Notes: a model not told the origin generated them from the sequence alone. A stretch of DNA of 64,000 nt from Dehalococcoidia bacterium (GCA_963694535.1 CAVODE010000001.1:26134-90133); one strand, 5' to 3'; positions 33,650 through 43,105 are shown, counted from the stretch's first letter. Numbers and translations: made by a program.

Positions 33650-34336
33650 TTATGTCTTTTTGAAGGGAGGGGATGCATTTTCAGGCACCGATATCTCAAA
33701 TGTATTTAGCACGATAGAAATTGCTGAGTAATAGCCGATCAAGGTTGCAATCTCCATTATTCCGGCTTCACCTAAAGCTTCAGTGAGCGCCTTATAGGTA
33801 TCCTCTTGAATACGTTTAGTTTCGATCATTTGTATGCAAAACTCATAAACTAATGCCTCAGAGCCACCAAGATCTGGTTTTTCACCCAGCTGAATTGCAG
33901 TGACTACTTCCTGTTTAATGCCGGCTTCGAGGGCCATTCTGGCGTGCGCCCAGAACTCATATTGAGCCTGCCAGTGTGCTCCAATGGTGATAATTGCAAG
34001 CTCGAGCAGCGGGCGAGGAATGCTGGTGCCGTAACGCAGACGTGCTCCTAGTTCTTGCAGTGCTATACCAATATTGGGCGAGTACAACATTGAGTTAAAG
34101 GGGCCGCCGAGTGACCCATCTGATTGGATCATATTTGCGCCTCTTGGTCCAGTAGTGAGCGCCTCATAAGTTTGTTTTTGATCTGCGGTTAGAAGTTCTG
34201 GTGTGAGTCGTGTTAGACGTGACATATAGGTTAAAGCCTTTCTTTGGACGCAATGGGTGTGAAACACCCTCACAGTAGGATATCGGTAACCCACGAAGTT
34301 TTGTTGTATTGACCTGGATATGTTTATTATGCTCAC
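33650..34336 (-). CDS. Carboxymuconolactone decarboxylase (CMD/AhpD-like) family protein
   Basis: CMD-family all-alpha pattern. The true start is likely the internal ATG (MSRLTRLTPELL, about 34225). Confidence 0.55.
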   Translation of the reverse strand: MSIINISRSIQQNFVGYRYPTVRVFHTHCVQRKALTYMSRLTRLTPELLTADQKQTYEALTTGPRGANMIQSDGSLGGPFNSMLYSPNIGIALQELGARLRYGTSIPRPLLELAIITIGAHWQAQYEFWAHARMALEAGIKQEVVTAIQLGEKPDLGGSEALVYEFCIQMIETKRIQEDTYKALTEALGEAGIMEIATLIGYYSAISIVLNTFEISVPENASPPFKKT

Positions 34337-35214
34337 TATCTATGAATAGATATCAGATGTTGATTCTCGCGATCGGAATTTTCGCCTGTAGTTGGGCTGG
34401 CCCATTAATTAGGCTGGCAGATGAGGCTTCTTTTCTTTATATTGCCACTGCACGCCTTGTAATTGCCGCGCCAATAATGATCGTAGTTTCACTTCTAGGG
34501 CCTAAAGATTCGTATAGGACTCTGAAAATCGGTGTGATTTGTTTAATGGTTTTATCTGGAATTGCTTTAGCAGCTCACTTTGCGTTTTGGGTTTCAAGCA
34601 TTTCTAAAACTTCGATTTTAGCCTCAGTCGCATTGGTTGCAATGAGTCCACTATTTGCCGCTTTAGGTGGCTGGATGTTTCTCGGCGAGCGACCGAACGC
34701 GAGAGTATTGAGTGGTATCCTAGTGAGCTTTTGCGGAGCATCTGCCCTGCTCATCTCCGATTTTAAAGATGTCGGTAGCTTGTCAGGGGACATCTATGCG
34801 TTCATCGGTGCCATACTTGCTTCGATTTATCTATTGATTGGGCGTTATGTCAGGCAGCGTGTAGAGATGTCAGTTTATGCAGCAGTCGTCTATTCGGTTG
34901 GAGCTATTGTTCTACTCATTACCTTCTTGAGTCGAGAAACTTTAACCTTTAATTATGAAGTAAATACGTATATCTTTGTTCTTTTACTCGCTCTTGTCCC
35001 ACAGTTAATCGGCCATAACGCGATAAATTATTCCTTGGGATTTGCGCCGGCTGCCATTGTTGCATTGGCGATACTTGGTGAACCTGTAGGATCATCTTTG
35101 ATAGCAGCGCTGTTTCTTGATGAAATTCCTTCAATTTTTGAGATTGTTGTCGGGGGAGTAATTCTATCGGGTGTTTATATTGGTGTCCGAGGCGGTGCGA
35201 TATCATCGAGCTAG
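34309..35214 (+). CDS. EamA/DMT family transporter
   Basis: 301 aa, 10 TM helices, two EamA-like repeats. Confidence 0.7.
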   Translation: MTWICLLCSLSMNRYQMLILAIGIFACSWAGPLIRLADEASFLYIATARLVIAAPIMIVVSLLGPKDSYRTLKIGVICLMVLSGIALAAHFAFWVSSISKTSILASVALVAMSPLFAALGGWMFLGERPNARVLSGILVSFCGASALLISDFKDVGSLSGDIYAFIGAILASIYLLIGRYVRQRVEMSVYAAVVYSVGAIVLLITFLSRETLTFNYEVNTYIFVLLLALVPQLIGHNAINYSLGFAPAAIVALAILGEPVGSSLIAALFLDEIPSIFEIVVGGVILSGVYIGVRGGAISSS

Positions 35215-36449
35215 CCAAGCTCGACTTCAGGCCTTTCTTCCCAGACAACCTGATTACTAATTAAATCTGCAAGCTGACCTTCATTCATTCCCAGCAGTTC
35301 AGATAAAACTTCGCGACTGTGCTCTCCCATATCAGGCGCCGTTCCTTTGATTCCACCAGGTGTCCGCGACATCTTTATTGGCGTATTTGCTAGAGGCGTG
35401 GGTCCAAAAGTTTTGTGTTCTATTTCAGGGAGCATCTCGCGGGCCGCGACCTGAGGCATAGCGGACGTTTCTGCGATGTTATTGAGTGGTCCGCAAGGGA
35501 TTCCGTACTTTTGTAAAGCGTTAACCCAGTCGGATGTATTTCTCTGTGCAAAAGCTAGATTCAGTAGTGGCTCGAGTTCACTGTGGTTCCGACTCCGAGC
35601 AGCAGCAGTTTCAAAACGTGGATCATCGATAAGTTCCGGGATATCAAGTTCGACACAGAGAAGTGCCCATTGATTTGAGATGCCCCAAGAGAGGGCAATG
35701 ACAATGTAGCCATCTTTTGTGGGGAATGCTTGGAAAGGCACAGCAGTAGGATGTCGAGTACCAATGCGTCCAGGGATTTCCTTCGTTATGTGATATCGCA
35801 TAAATTCATTTGTTTGCACCGCAATTTGACAGTCAAGCATTGAAATATCTATTAGTTGGCCTTCACCAGACTTATGACGCTCGTGTATTGCAGCTAAAAC
35901 TCCAACTGCGCAATATAGCCCAGCCGCTACGTCCCCGACAGAAAATCCAACTCGCGCTGGCTCTGAATCCTCATATCCCGTAATGGACATAACTCCGCCA
36001 GCCCCCTGCACAATTACGTCGAGGGCCGGCTTATCCGAAAGTGGGCCTGTCTGACCGTATCCGGATATGGCAGCGTATATGAGTCCTGGATTTAGGTCTT
36101 TGAGGTCGGCATACCCGAGACCAAGGCGGCTCATTGCACCAGGTGTAAAGTTTTCCACCACGACGTCAACTTCTTTCACAAGATCCTGGAAAATACTTTT
36201 TCCTGATTCAGTAGTGAGATCAACCGCGATCGATCTCTTGCCTCGATTTATAGAAAAGAAGTAGCCGGATTCTCCATCGATCATCGGCATAGTGGTACGA
36301 GCGACATCTCCGTAGGGAGGCCTCTCCAATTTGATAACATCTGCTCCGAGGTCACCCAGAGTCTGAGTACACATCGGCCCGGATAAAATCCAGGTGAGGT
36401 CAAGGATACGAATTCCTTTCAGCGGACCAGAAGTTGGTAATGCGGGCAA
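35211..36449 (-). CDS. CaiB/BaiF family-III CoA-transferase
   Basis: 412 aa. N-terminal GIRILDLTWILSGP...LGDLGADVIKLE signature of family-III CoA-transferases. Confidence 0.85.
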   Translation of the reverse strand: MPALPTSGPLKGIRILDLTWILSGPMCTQTLGDLGADVIKLERPPYGDVARTTMPMIDGESGYFFSINRGKRSIAVDLTTESGKSIFQDLVKEVDVVVENFTPGAMSRLGLGYADLKDLNPGLIYAAISGYGQTGPLSDKPALDVIVQGAGGVMSITGYEDSEPARVGFSVGDVAAGLYCAVGVLAAIHERHKSGEGQLIDISMLDCQIAVQTNEFMRYHITKEIPGRIGTRHPTAVPFQAFPTKDGYIVIALSWGISNQWALLCVELDIPELIDDPRFETAAARSRNHSELEPLLNLAFAQRNTSDWVNALQKYGIPCGPLNNIAETSAMPQVAAREMLPEIEHKTFGPTPLANTPIKMSRTPGGIKGTAPDMGEHSREVLSELLGMNEGQLADLISNQVVWEERPEVELG

Positions 36450-36471
36450 TGAGAAGGCCTTTCTGACTTGG

Positions 36472-37008
36472 TTAGTCGATTAGCGCTGTTAGCAATTGTT
36501 CGATAACAGAGTTAGCTCTTTGATGCATTTCTTCATCTGTTTGGTCTTGCATTGGGTGAGGTACAAAGACCCTGTTGACGTCAGGCATGCCCAATGAGGT
36601 CGATTGAGCTACCGCAGCATCGACAAAACCATCTGTGGCCACAAATACTGCGGGGATTCCATTATTTTCAAACCAAACTGTGTCGTGCACACTGCACGTT
36701 GTACAAGATCCTCAGTCAGCGACTGCCTCGATCACAAAGTTACACTCATTCAGTATTTGTCTTCTGAGTTCGTAAGGCGCAGGTTTAGCAAAAGTAGGCT
36801 TCATGTATCTTTGTATTTTTACATTTGGCATTTGATTACTAATCAGTATTTCGACCCGGTCTAAGAACTTATTTCCGCGAGGCTTAGAGATATCAAGGAG
36901 ACCAACGGTTCCAGTGATATGCTCAGGTCTTTTAGTTCTAGTTCGCTTGATTGGTTCTCTTTCGTCGGTCGGATCCAGAATTGTCGTGGGTAAATCTTGT
37001 GGTGACAT
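36472..37008 (-). CDS. UGSC-family SELENOPROTEIN. In-frame TGA at 36712..36714 is read as Sec in motif U-G-S-C. The ORF track splits it into 36712..37092 and 36472..36690.
   Basis: The two track ORFs share a frame and are separated by one TGA plus 6 sense codons. The joined translation is ...NECNFVIEAVAD-U-GSCTTCSVHDTVWFENNGIPAVFVATDGF... The Sec-Gly-Ser-Cys motif is the defining motif of the UGSC selenoprotein family reported from marine metagenomes (recalled, not searched). The downstream piece has only a GTG start and no RBS. Start assigned to ATG 37006..37008, preceded by AGAAGG 8 nt upstream; an alternative ATG at 37090..37092 overlaps the upstream gene. Confidence 0.75.
36684..36698 (-). 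promoter_or_regulatory. Candidate SECIS hairpin downstream of the UGSC Sec-TGA
   Basis: mRNA CGUGCA[GUG]UGCACG: a perfect 6-bp stem starting 16 nt after the UGA, or a 5-bp stem with AGUGU loop. An outer 3-bp extension UGU...ACA (36679..36705) is possible. Found by eye. Confidence 0.35.
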
Positions 37009-37030
37009 TCTACAAACCTTCTTTCTGACT

Positions 37031-38620
37031 TCAGTCATTAATTTTTCGGCTGGTTGGGATGGACCCAGTGGGTCCGCTTGCCCATCCTTCAAGTACGGCC
37101 GAAAACTTACCGGCTTCTGCTCCAGCCACCATTATATGGATATTTTCGTTGCTGCGAAATTTAGGGATCATTTTATTTAGTTCTTCTTCGGACGCATTAG
37201 CAAATTGGTTGGGATCTAGTCCAGCTCCTATTTCTTCATTTCTTAACAGCGATCTCACAGATCGTTGCGTAATTTTCTGGATTCGGTCTCTAATTTGTTC
37301 TTTTGACCAACCATCCTCCCAGATTGTGGCCACATGTTCTGGACATAGTACGAGCATCGAATCACCATAATTGTGAGAGTTAGGATGATGGTTGGCTTCC
37401 ATTCGAACACCGAGGGAGCCTACTAATGATTTAGCGGTTCTCGACGTTTGATCGATTGCCACTCCGATACCGGTCATTGCGAAAGCAGTCACTACCGATT
37501 CATCTTTATTGAAGCCTCGTTCCACGTGGAGAGGATCCCATGGACTGATTTCTTCCCACTCCGCAAAGCAGGTTGAATACCGCATAGGCGATCCCTGAGT
37601 AGATCGTTCAGTCTCGCCTGGCCTTTGGCCACCGACATTTCTGAGTATCAGTCTCACCGCACGCCCGATTGCAGCGTTAGCTCTGTTCCCTTGGCCTAGA
37701 GCGTTCAGTCCCATATTCATTCCGATTCGTTGTCGAATCGGCCCATTGACCACCAGCACAGGAGTGGCACCCATAGTGGTAGCGCCGACCCCGTGTGCAT
37801 TGAATTCTTCATTACACACAGCTTCTACCGCTGCAATAACTACTGGGAGATATTCAGGTAGGCAGCCTGCCATTACCGAATTTATTGCTATTTTTTCAAC
37901 GGTCACCGGAGCCAAGTTAGGAGGCACAATTGCCACAGTATCTTGTGAATCTCTTTTTGTTCCATCTAGCATTCGAATGACACGCTCAGGGGTGGGGGGG
38001 ATGACAGGCAGTCCATCGGTCAGGCCTTGTTGATACATAAATTCATGGACATCGTCGTGAAGTGCAACTTCGACCCTGCGCGCCCTGATTGGCGATCCTT
38101 CTGACTCGGCTTTCAGTCGTTCAAAAATCCCAGGCTCCAGAGATTTTGAGCCACATCCAGGTCTTGATTCAGGATATATATCCCAGTCAATTTCCGGCAT
38201 AGTACTTTTATTTATCTTGGCTAAGTCCTCGAATAAACTTTTCCAGTCGTCTCGTCCAAAACCCACAAATGTGCGAGTCGGAGTTCCATCAGGAGTTGCT
38301 AGGACTAAAGTGGGGACAGTTTCGATTTCATATGCGTACGAGGTATTTAGCGTGGACTCATCCAGAAAAGGTAGTGTCATCGAATATTCCTCTGTGAGGA
38401 CCAGGTCATCATCTCCATTTTGCGCCAACGCAACGATATCGACTCCGTCACTGAATTCTTCGAATGCCTTTTGCAGTAGGGGCATGGAAATTCTTGTTGT
38501 TGGACAATCTTCCTTAACAAAACAAAGCAGGGTTGGCCTTCCCGAAGGAAAGGAGTAAGCATTTTGTGTTCTCGTAGCACCAGCCGTTGGCAAAGAAAAT
38601 GAAGGCAGTTGGGTGGGCAT
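37031..38620 (-). CDS. Fusion protein: N-terminal thioredoxin-fold (AhpC/TSA-like, single Cys in DCPTT) plus ~380-aa C-terminal domain of unknown function
   Basis: 529 aa. The N-terminal ~140 aa resembles a peroxiredoxin/TlpA-like fold (LLCFVKEDCPTT...VPTLVLATPDG). The C-terminal domain matches nothing I can name. Translationally coupled to the UGSC selenoprotein gene downstream. Confidence 0.5.
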   Translation of the reverse strand: MPTQLPSFSLPTAGATRTQNAYSFPSGRPTLLCFVKEDCPTTRISMPLLQKAFEEFSDGVDIVALAQNGDDDLVLTEEYSMTLPFLDESTLNTSYAYEIETVPTLVLATPDGTPTRTFVGFGRDDWKSLFEDLAKINKSTMPEIDWDIYPESRPGCGSKSLEPGIFERLKAESEGSPIRARRVEVALHDDVHEFMYQQGLTDGLPVIPPTPERVIRMLDGTKRDSQDTVAIVPPNLAPVTVEKIAINSVMAGCLPEYLPVVIAAVEAVCNEEFNAHGVGATTMGATPVLVVNGPIRQRIGMNMGLNALGQGNRANAAIGRAVRLILRNVGGQRPGETERSTQGSPMRYSTCFAEWEEISPWDPLHVERGFNKDESVVTAFAMTGIGVAIDQTSRTAKSLVGSLGVRMEANHHPNSHNYGDSMLVLCPEHVATIWEDGWSKEQIRDRIQKITQRSVRSLLRNEEIGAGLDPNQFANASEEELNKMIPKFRSNENIHIMVAGAEAGKFSAVLEGWASGPTGSIPTSRKIND

Positions 38621-38639
38621 TGGATTATATCTTTCTCTG

Positions 38640-39020
38640 TTAGTACAGCTCTAGTGTTGAAGTATCTATATTAAAATATCCTATCGCGATTATAAACAAA
38701 ATTAGCAATGCGACAAGTCTTTTCTTGCCGGACTTGGTTCCATGTTTTTGCATAATTCTTTTCACAGAACGAACATCACTTTTTCCTAGAGCAAACCATT
38801 CCCCATGAATCCGCATTTCCGCGCAATATCTATGAAGATATCGCTCGAGTTCTTTAGGATTTTTCGTCTTAGTGATTTTCACTAACCTTAATAACACTGG
38901 CGATCCAGTTTGCAAGTTCGAAAAGCGTGTTTTGGGATTAATCGTTCGACCAATTTTAAAGAGATCCTTGCCGGCTTCTCTTGGTCCTTGAATAAGATAA
39001 ACGTAACCGTGTTGGGCCAT
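38640..39020 (-). CDS. T5orf172/MUG113 (GIY-YIG-like) domain protein with C-terminal TM helix
   Basis: GYVYLIQ...FKIGRT...P..R...L...GEWF pattern of the T5orf172 family. Hydrophobic C-terminal tail LVALLILFIIAIGYF. First gene of the operon. Confidence 0.5.
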   Translation of the reverse strand: MAQHGYVYLIQGPREAGKDLFKIGRTINPKTRFSNLQTGSPVLLRLVKITKTKNPKELERYLHRYCAEMRIHGEWFALGKSDVRSVKRIMQKHGTKSGKKRLVALLILFIIAIGYFNIDTSTLELY

Positions 39021-39114
39021 TCATCTATTTTAAGTCTTTCTGATGCTGTGATTGTCTTTGACTCGTGATAGGCTCCTTCCATTAGCCAAAATGTAGAATA
39101 AAGAGGTATCTAGT

Positions 39115-39915
39115 ATGGGCATTCTTGATGAGTTTGATTTAACAGGTCAAGCGGCAATTATTACTGGCGCGGGAACCGGTCTGGGACGTGAAATGGCCTT
39201 GTCTCTGGCCGATGCAGGTTGCGACATTGTGGGTGTGGGTCGACGGCCTGAACCTATTGAAAGTGTTGGTGATGAGATACGTTCGCGCGGCAGGAGGTAC
39301 TTTGGAATCCCTGGCGGCGACGTCACAAATTCAACCAGAGTGAATGAAATAGTTGCTGAGGCTATTCAAGAAATGGGCCGTATAACCTTAATGATCAATA
39401 ATGCTGGACTGGGTGGCTCTGGGCGCGGGAAAACACTCCCTGAGCTCACTGACGAGGACTGGCACAGTGGGATCGAAAGCAATTTATATTCAGCATTTTA
39501 TTGCTCTAGGGCGATCATTCCTCATTATTTAGACAATGGTGGTGGGAGAGTAATCAACGTCACTTCTGGATGGGGTTATCGAGGGGGGCGTAATAATTTT
39601 ATGTATCCGATTGCAAAGGGTGGTGTCATCCAGTTAACAAAGGCACTTGCAATGACTTATGCAAGGGATAACATTCGCGCTTCATGTATTGCTCCGGGCC
39701 TATTTCCTAAAACTGACGATGAGGCAATGCTCGAACAATTAGGGAGTAGACAACCAGCTGGTCGTATCGGATTCATGCCAGAGATGGGACCATTAGCCGT
39801 ATTTTTAGCGTCGACTGCATCAGATTATCTCAGTGGAGAAACAATTTTAATGGACGGTGGTTCTATAGCAGCTGGCCTCACACCAGCTGGAATTATTCCA
39901 CAGTCTGAATCGTAA
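39115..39915 (+). CDS. SDR family oxidoreductase
   Basis: TGAGTGLG Rossmann motif, NNAG, YxxxK-like region. Confidence 0.8.
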   Translation: MGILDEFDLTGQAAIITGAGTGLGREMALSLADAGCDIVGVGRRPEPIESVGDEIRSRGRRYFGIPGGDVTNSTRVNEIVAEAIQEMGRITLMINNAGLGGSGRGKTLPELTDEDWHSGIESNLYSAFYCSRAIIPHYLDNGGGRVINVTSGWGYRGGRNNFMYPIAKGGVIQLTKALAMTYARDNIRASCIAPGLFPKTDDEAMLEQLGSRQPAGRIGFMPEMGPLAVFLASTASDYLSGETILMDGGSIAAGLTPAGIIPQSES

Positions 39916-39933
39916 GTTATTGGAGAGAATTTT

Positions 39934-40782
39934 ATGAGTAATCAAGTATTTCCTATTACACCGGAAGGTGAAAAGAATCCATATTTTCAAAAGCGATATT
40001 TCGATCTATCTGGGAAACACGCACTAGTAGGTGGAGCTACGACTCCACTGGCGAGGGCACTAGCTGTGGCATTAGCGGAAGCAGGCGCGAGAGTCTCAGT
40101 GACGACGTTGAGCACTGATAAGACTGAAGAAGTCGAAGCAAATTCGATATTGAACGAATGCTGGGCAGCATCTGGTCTTGAGGGGACGTGTCTCACGTTA
40201 GATTTGACGGACGTTGCCCGAGTTGAATCGTCTATTAGTGATTTGGAGGAGGCATTGGGGCCTCTCGATATCCTTGTCAATGGTGCTCATTTTGCCAACA
40301 TTAAACCGGTGCTTGATGCAACTCTCGTTGAGTGGAATCAGGAATTGAGCAGGAATGCCACATCCGTGTTTGTGGCGAGCCAGGTTATCGGTCAACGCAT
40401 GGTTGCCAGAGGCAAGGGTCGAATAATTAATCTTGTATCTAATTTACATGATCGTGGAATTCCGAACTGCGCTATTTTTGGTGCATCTCAGGGGGCTGTA
40501 CTAGGATTCACCAAATCATTGGGAATCGAGTGGGGGAGCGGCGATCCGTTAACTAAGGACCGAGTGACTGTGAACGCACTTGGAATTGGTTTCTATGAAG
40601 ACACGCCAGGCCCTCAAAATGATACAGATCTATCATCGGTGCTTGAGAAATATATTCCCTTGCGCCGACTGGGAACTCCTGCCGATTTACGAGGCGCCGT
40701 CGTGTATCTGGCTTCGGACGAGGCAGAGTACGTCAACGCTGAATTACTTGTTGTTGACGGCTCCATTGTGAACCATGCCTAA
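39934..40782 (+). CDS. SDR family oxidoreductase (paralog)
   Basis: Short-chain dehydrogenase layout. VGGATTPLARALA Rossmann-like N-terminus. Confidence 0.7.
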   Translation: MSNQVFPITPEGEKNPYFQKRYFDLSGKHALVGGATTPLARALAVALAEAGARVSVTTLSTDKTEEVEANSILNECWAASGLEGTCLTLDLTDVARVESSISDLEEALGPLDILVNGAHFANIKPVLDATLVEWNQELSRNATSVFVASQVIGQRMVARGKGRIINLVSNLHDRGIPNCAIFGASQGAVLGFTKSLGIEWGSGDPLTKDRVTVNALGIGFYEDTPGPQNDTDLSSVLEKYIPLRRLGTPADLRGAVVYLASDEAEYVNAELLVVDGSIVNHA

Positions 40783-40818
40783 CTACTAACTTGAGACTAC
40801 GGTGTAAAATGGCTTAAA

Positions 40819-42480
40819 TTGGATCGTATGACGATAGATAAATTTTATGTTTTGGTGTCTTCGTTTTTTTTGACTGCTCTTTTAATTTTTGCTATGGCTT
40901 GTTCACAAGATTCTATAGCCGAGGTGCAGGAGAATAATGTCGTAGCGACCACCGAAGCGACCACCGAAGCGACCACCGAAGCGACCACCGAAGCGACCAC
41001 CGAAGCGACCACCGAAGCGACGGTACGAACGCTTAGAATTGCTGTACCGAGCAAGTTTTTATCGGAAGTAAGTACTGATCTTTTACTGGAAGAAATATTT
41101 TTACGTAAGTTATACGTTGGACTTTCGAGAATTGAACCATCGGGCCGACTGCGGCCTGAAATGATTATGGTGCTACCGAGCAAAGAGAACGAGGGTATCT
41201 CTTCTGATGGATTGACTTATACGTTTCTTTTGGCTCAAGACTTGAAGTGGTCTAACGAGGAGCCAGTGACCGCTCAACAAATTCTCGACACGTTAAATAG
41301 CTACGATACCGTTAAAGAGACTAAACCAGGGTTACTGGAACTCTTTAGCAATATTGACTTAGAACAGAGCATCGTTTTAGATGATCGAACGTTAGTGCTT
41401 AAGCTCAGAGAGTCGAGCTCGGAGTTCTTGACGCTTTCAGCTCTTCTTCCATTTTTTCCGATTCGCAGTGGGTCTTCAGACGGAGGAACTTATTTTTTTT
41501 CTAATGGCCCGTTCAAAATTAGCTCATGGGAAGATAGTAGGGTCACGTTAGTGTCTAACGACCAGTGGATCGATCAGATTGGTAATATTGCTGCACATGA
41601 GATTCAGGAGCTTGAATTTGTAGGTTATGACAGTTTCAGTGACGCTACCGAAGGCTTTTTGAACGGCGAAGTTGATGTTGTTAACCTAATCGCATCTCAA
41701 CTATCTTCTGATTTCCAGATTCCCTCTGAAGGTGAAATTTCTGTAAAAACTAGACACATCACGTATGGCGTGTTTGTAAATAGCGAATCAATGTTTTTTT
41801 CCCAAGTCGATTCACGGAAAGCACTAGCCCTGAATCTTAATAAACGAGAACTTCTAGATATGCTTTCAGTAGAAATCCAGAGAGGTCACTCCTATACGAA
41901 TTCATGGATTCCGGAGGGTATTAGTGGCAGTGACAATTCGGCTGGCTTAGCGCTCTCTGGATCGAAAGAGCTAGCCACAGACTACTGGGCAAGAGGAAAA
42001 AATGCTGAAGGCATTAATGTCGAATTGCTTTATTCCTTGGAAAATCCCCTCCACGCAGAGCTTGCGGTCGAGCTCAAGAAGTTATGGGAGCAAAAGTTAC
42101 CTCTTCAAATAAACTTGAGACCAGAAAATGCAGAAGAATATTTTGCTGATTTAAAAACTGGGCGTTATCAATTAGCGATTGGTGGTTGGCAGGCTGATTA
42201 TCCAAGTGCAGCAAACTGGTTGCACCCATTTGCGACTGATTCTGATGAAAATTTTTTAAATTTTTCGGACGATAAGTATGATTCTTTTCTGCAGTCTGCT
42301 GATATGGCGAATAACAGGGACGAGCGGCTTTCTGAATATGCCAAGGCTCATAACTATCTCATTGAGCAAGGCGTGATTATCCCGATACTGCATCCTGTTT
42401 CACTTGCGCTTGTTCGCTCAGAATTCAGCGCCGCAGTAAATACTATGTTTGATTTCCAAGGGACGTGGACCTTTGATTGA
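40819..42480 (+). CDS. ABC transporter substrate-binding protein, family 5 (peptide/nickel type), probable lipoprotein with (ATTE)6 linker
   Basis: 553 aa. Signal peptide ending ...FAMAC. SBP_bac_5-like body. Confidence 0.65.
   Translation: MDRMTIDKFYVLVSSFFLTALLIFAMACSQDSIAEVQENNVVATTEATTEATTEATTEATTEATTEATVRTLRIAVPSKFLSEVSTDLLLEEIFLRKLYVGLSRIEPSGRLRPEMIMVLPSKENEGISSDGLTYTFLLAQDLKWSNEEPVTAQQILDTLNSYDTVKETKPGLLELFSNIDLEQSIVLDDRTLVLKLRESSSEFLTLSALLPFFPIRSGSSDGGTYFFSNGPFKISSWEDSRVTLVSNDQWIDQIGNIAAHEIQELEFVGYDSFSDATEGFLNGEVDVVNLIASQLSSDFQIPSEGEISVKTRHITYGVFVNSESMFFSQVDSRKALALNLNKRELLDMLSVEIQRGHSYTNSWIPEGISGSDNSAGLALSGSKELATDYWARGKNAEGINVELLYSLENPLHAELAVELKKLWEQKLPLQINLRPENAEEYFADLKTGRYQLAIGGWQADYPSAANWLHPFATDSDENFLNFSDDKYDSFLQSADMANNRDERLSEYAKAHNYLIEQGVIIPILHPVSLALVRSEFSAAVNTMFDFQGTWTFD
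40945..41021 (+). repeat. Perfect tandem repeat, 12-nt unit gcgaccaccgaa x6 (plus partial), encoding (ATTE)6
   Basis: Read directly: six identical 12-nt copies in frame within the SBP linker, right after the signal peptide/lipobox. Confidence 0.95.
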
Positions 42481-42490
42481 TGTTTGTGGC

Positions 42491-43105
42491 TCAAATATGA
42501 TTTTTCACAAAGTCTAGAATGAGCTTCGTGGCTGATTTAGATACTTGTCTTAGAGAATGAGTACCACCCTCCAGTATCGCGAGCTCGCACGGAGTTGAGG
42601 TCATTTCATAAAGCATTATTGAACACGTGACTGGAAGTCTTGTGTCTGAATCACCATGGATTAGAAGCACTGGGGTATCAACCAACGACGTGATATTCAT
42701 TGCACCTGCTGTCTGGGATGCGAGGCCGATAACTCCTCGAATGTTGTGGTTTTTAGCAGCAGTTTCAATAGCCACTGCGCCGCCAAATGAGTGACCAACT
42801 ATCAGAATTTTTTCATAACCTTGTGACATCAACCACGAAGTAGCTTGTTGAGCGTCGTATGCGCCTTGTTCGACGTCGTTCGGGAACTGATGAATTCTGT
42901 AATCTACTCGGAGCACTCCAATTTGTAATGGGATAAATAATTTGGACAGAGCTTCATAAATGTCAGATGGACCCATGAATCCGCCATCGGCTCCACCAAT
43001 AAAAAGAACCGCGGTATGTAGTTCATTTATTTCAGCTGCTTGCCAGACGCAAGATATGTTTCCGCGCTCGGATTCGATTATGAGTGGAGTCTTTATTTCA
43101 GTCAT
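42491..43105 (-). CDS. Alpha/beta hydrolase (dienelactone hydrolase-like)
   Basis: GHSFGG nucleophile elbow. 204 aa. Confidence 0.6.
   Translation of the reverse strand: MTEIKTPLIIESERGNISCVWQAAEINELHTAVLFIGGADGGFMGPSDIYEALSKLFIPLQIGVLRVDYRIHQFPNDVEQGAYDAQQATSWLMSQGYEKILIVGHSFGGAVAIETAAKNHNIRGVIGLASQTAGAMNITSLVDTPVLLIHGDSDTRLPVTCSIMLYEMTSTPCELAILEGGTHSLRQVSKSATKLILDFVKNHI

Noticed and set aside
36604-36864. 86-aa plus-strand ORF spanning the UGSC TGA region
   Set aside because: Antisense to the selenoprotein reading frame, which has far stronger protein-level support (UGSC motif, operon coupling).
38640-39020. Mobile element or phage remnant suggested by the T5orf172/GIY-YIG-like gene
   Set aside because: No integrase, transposase, tRNA attachment site or flanking repeats are visible. 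The gene is operonic with metabolic genes.
40945-41021. CRISPR array
   Set aside because: The repeats are 12 nt and contiguous, with no spacers and no cas genes. They lie in frame within a CDS, so this is a coding tandem repeat, not CRISPR.
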